The notes beneath the pieces were generated by a model. That model was not told where the DNA came from. It was given only the letters and a program-made list of their open reading frames with translations, and searched no databases. DNA of 64,000 bases from a virus. Lineage: Duplodnaviria; Caudoviricetes. The position numbers and the translations under genes were made by a program. The stretch's first letter is position 1, and the number at the start of each line of letters is the position of its first letter. Positions 63,242 through 64,000 of this stretch are shown piece after piece. Location of the stretch: IMG/VR virus record IMGVR_UViG_3300021256_000056, positions 64,001 through 128,000 of that record. One strand, given 5' to 3'.

Positions 63242-64000
63242 CTAGGTAACATTGTGGTTTTTGATATAATCAATTAGTGTACTTATATCCGTAAAAACTT
63301 TGTTCCCGCTTACTTCATATTTCTGATACTTTTGTTCCATGAAATAAATTAATTCGATACCATTTTCTTTGCAAAGTTCCCTCTTGCGTGCATCCCGCTC
63401 TTTGCGAATTTCCAATGTTTCTCTTTTATCAAATAATTCTTTTCTTAAATAATGTTGTGACCCCTGACATTCAATAGCGCACTTTATACCTGGTATATAA
63501 AAGTCCAAACTGAGTGGTGATAACCATTCGAACTTTTTTTGAGTGACATATTCTATTTTGGCTTCTGCTGCTTCTTTTTCAAAAATACGCTCTAATTTTG
63601 GTTCTTGACACTTTGGACAACCGTGGCCTCTTAAGAAATCATGTGGAAGTGTTTCAAAATCTCCGTGTTCTTGACATGTGACAACAACTTTATCCCTTGC
63701 GTGTGTATAATGTGTTTTCTCAAAAGTATACTTTCCTTCTGGGTACACAGCCATTGCTTCTGCAACCCATTGTTCTGTTGTTTTTTTTCTCCCGTTACAC
63801 CGCGGACATCTAAACCCCTGTAGGTGTGAATATGGCATCTGCCAAAAAATACCATGCTCATTACCTAATACATCTTTTTCATGGCAAACAATCGCAACCT
63901 TTGTTTGAGAGTCAACGTAATCTACTTGAGAATAATCATACTTATCCCCATGTCTTTTACGCGCTTTTTCTATAAATTCGTCCCTCGTGTACTTACTCAT
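63242..64000 (-). mobile_element. Free-standing homing-endonuclease-like gene (Zn-ribbon repeats + Vsr/DUF559-like nuclease); start at window edge
   Basis: Two KY.(Y/F)...Y...KV...C..HG.F...P...L.G..CP.C repeats; LDFYIP...AIECQG.QHY. Confidence 0.7.

Noticed and set aside
884-63861. Many short antisense or overlapping ORFs in the track (e.g. 21454-21999, 51586-52077, 12293-12763)
   Set aside because: They are shadows of long genes on the opposite strand or frame, with no promoter or recognisable motifs.
1-64000. Alternative genetic code (TAG or TGA recoding as in Lak or some crAss-like phages)
   Set aside because: Multi-kb ORFs are intact in code 11, and TAG (e.g. 24625, 55018, 56560, 62003) and TGA (28951) end genes at logical positions.
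1-64000. CRISPR array, tRNA, rRNA or integrase
   Set aside because: Intergenic gaps are all under about 150 nt with no repeat-spacer periodicity or cloverleaf seen by eye; a tRNAscan/Infernal run would be needed to be certain.

Overview
This window is a 64-kb, densely coding, AT-rich segment of a large (jumbo-type) myovirus-like phage genome read in standard code 11, mostly on the minus strand. The host is most likely an anaerobic Bacteroidota. Evidence: TTTG-N19/20-TAnnTTTG promoters, A-rich starts without Shine-Dalgarno sites, class III RNR, and BACON and BspA-LRR domains. Replication, recombination and nucleotide genes: primase (partial), gp41/DnaB helicase, 5'-3' exonuclease, SbcC/gp46, RuvC-like resolvase, NrdD/NrdG and a free-standing homing endonuclease. 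Other genes: a sigma-70-family factor, a ~23.5-kb baseplate/tail operon (gp25, gp6, several large structural proteins, a 2134-aa fibre), further fibre cassettes including a 2946-aa LamG-CotH kinase-LRR protein, a cluster of probable internal head proteins, a T4-T-like GAF holin candidate and two glycosyltransferase genes. Main patterns: (1) a phage-specific motif ACTATTTAT, the reverse complement of the T4 late promoter core, precedes the virion units, while host-type promoters precede replication genes. (2) A late-promoter glycosyltransferase locus sits directly ahead of structural proteins full of (S/T)-G-x-(T/S) motifs, suggesting a virion glycosylation system. (3) A shared N-terminal leader ending in [LIV]-x-E marks proteins probably packaged into the head, including an ADP-ribosyltransferase-like protein. 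(4) A ~55-aa mini-module is inserted into several tail/baseplate proteins. All family calls come from motifs read by eye; no database searches were run.
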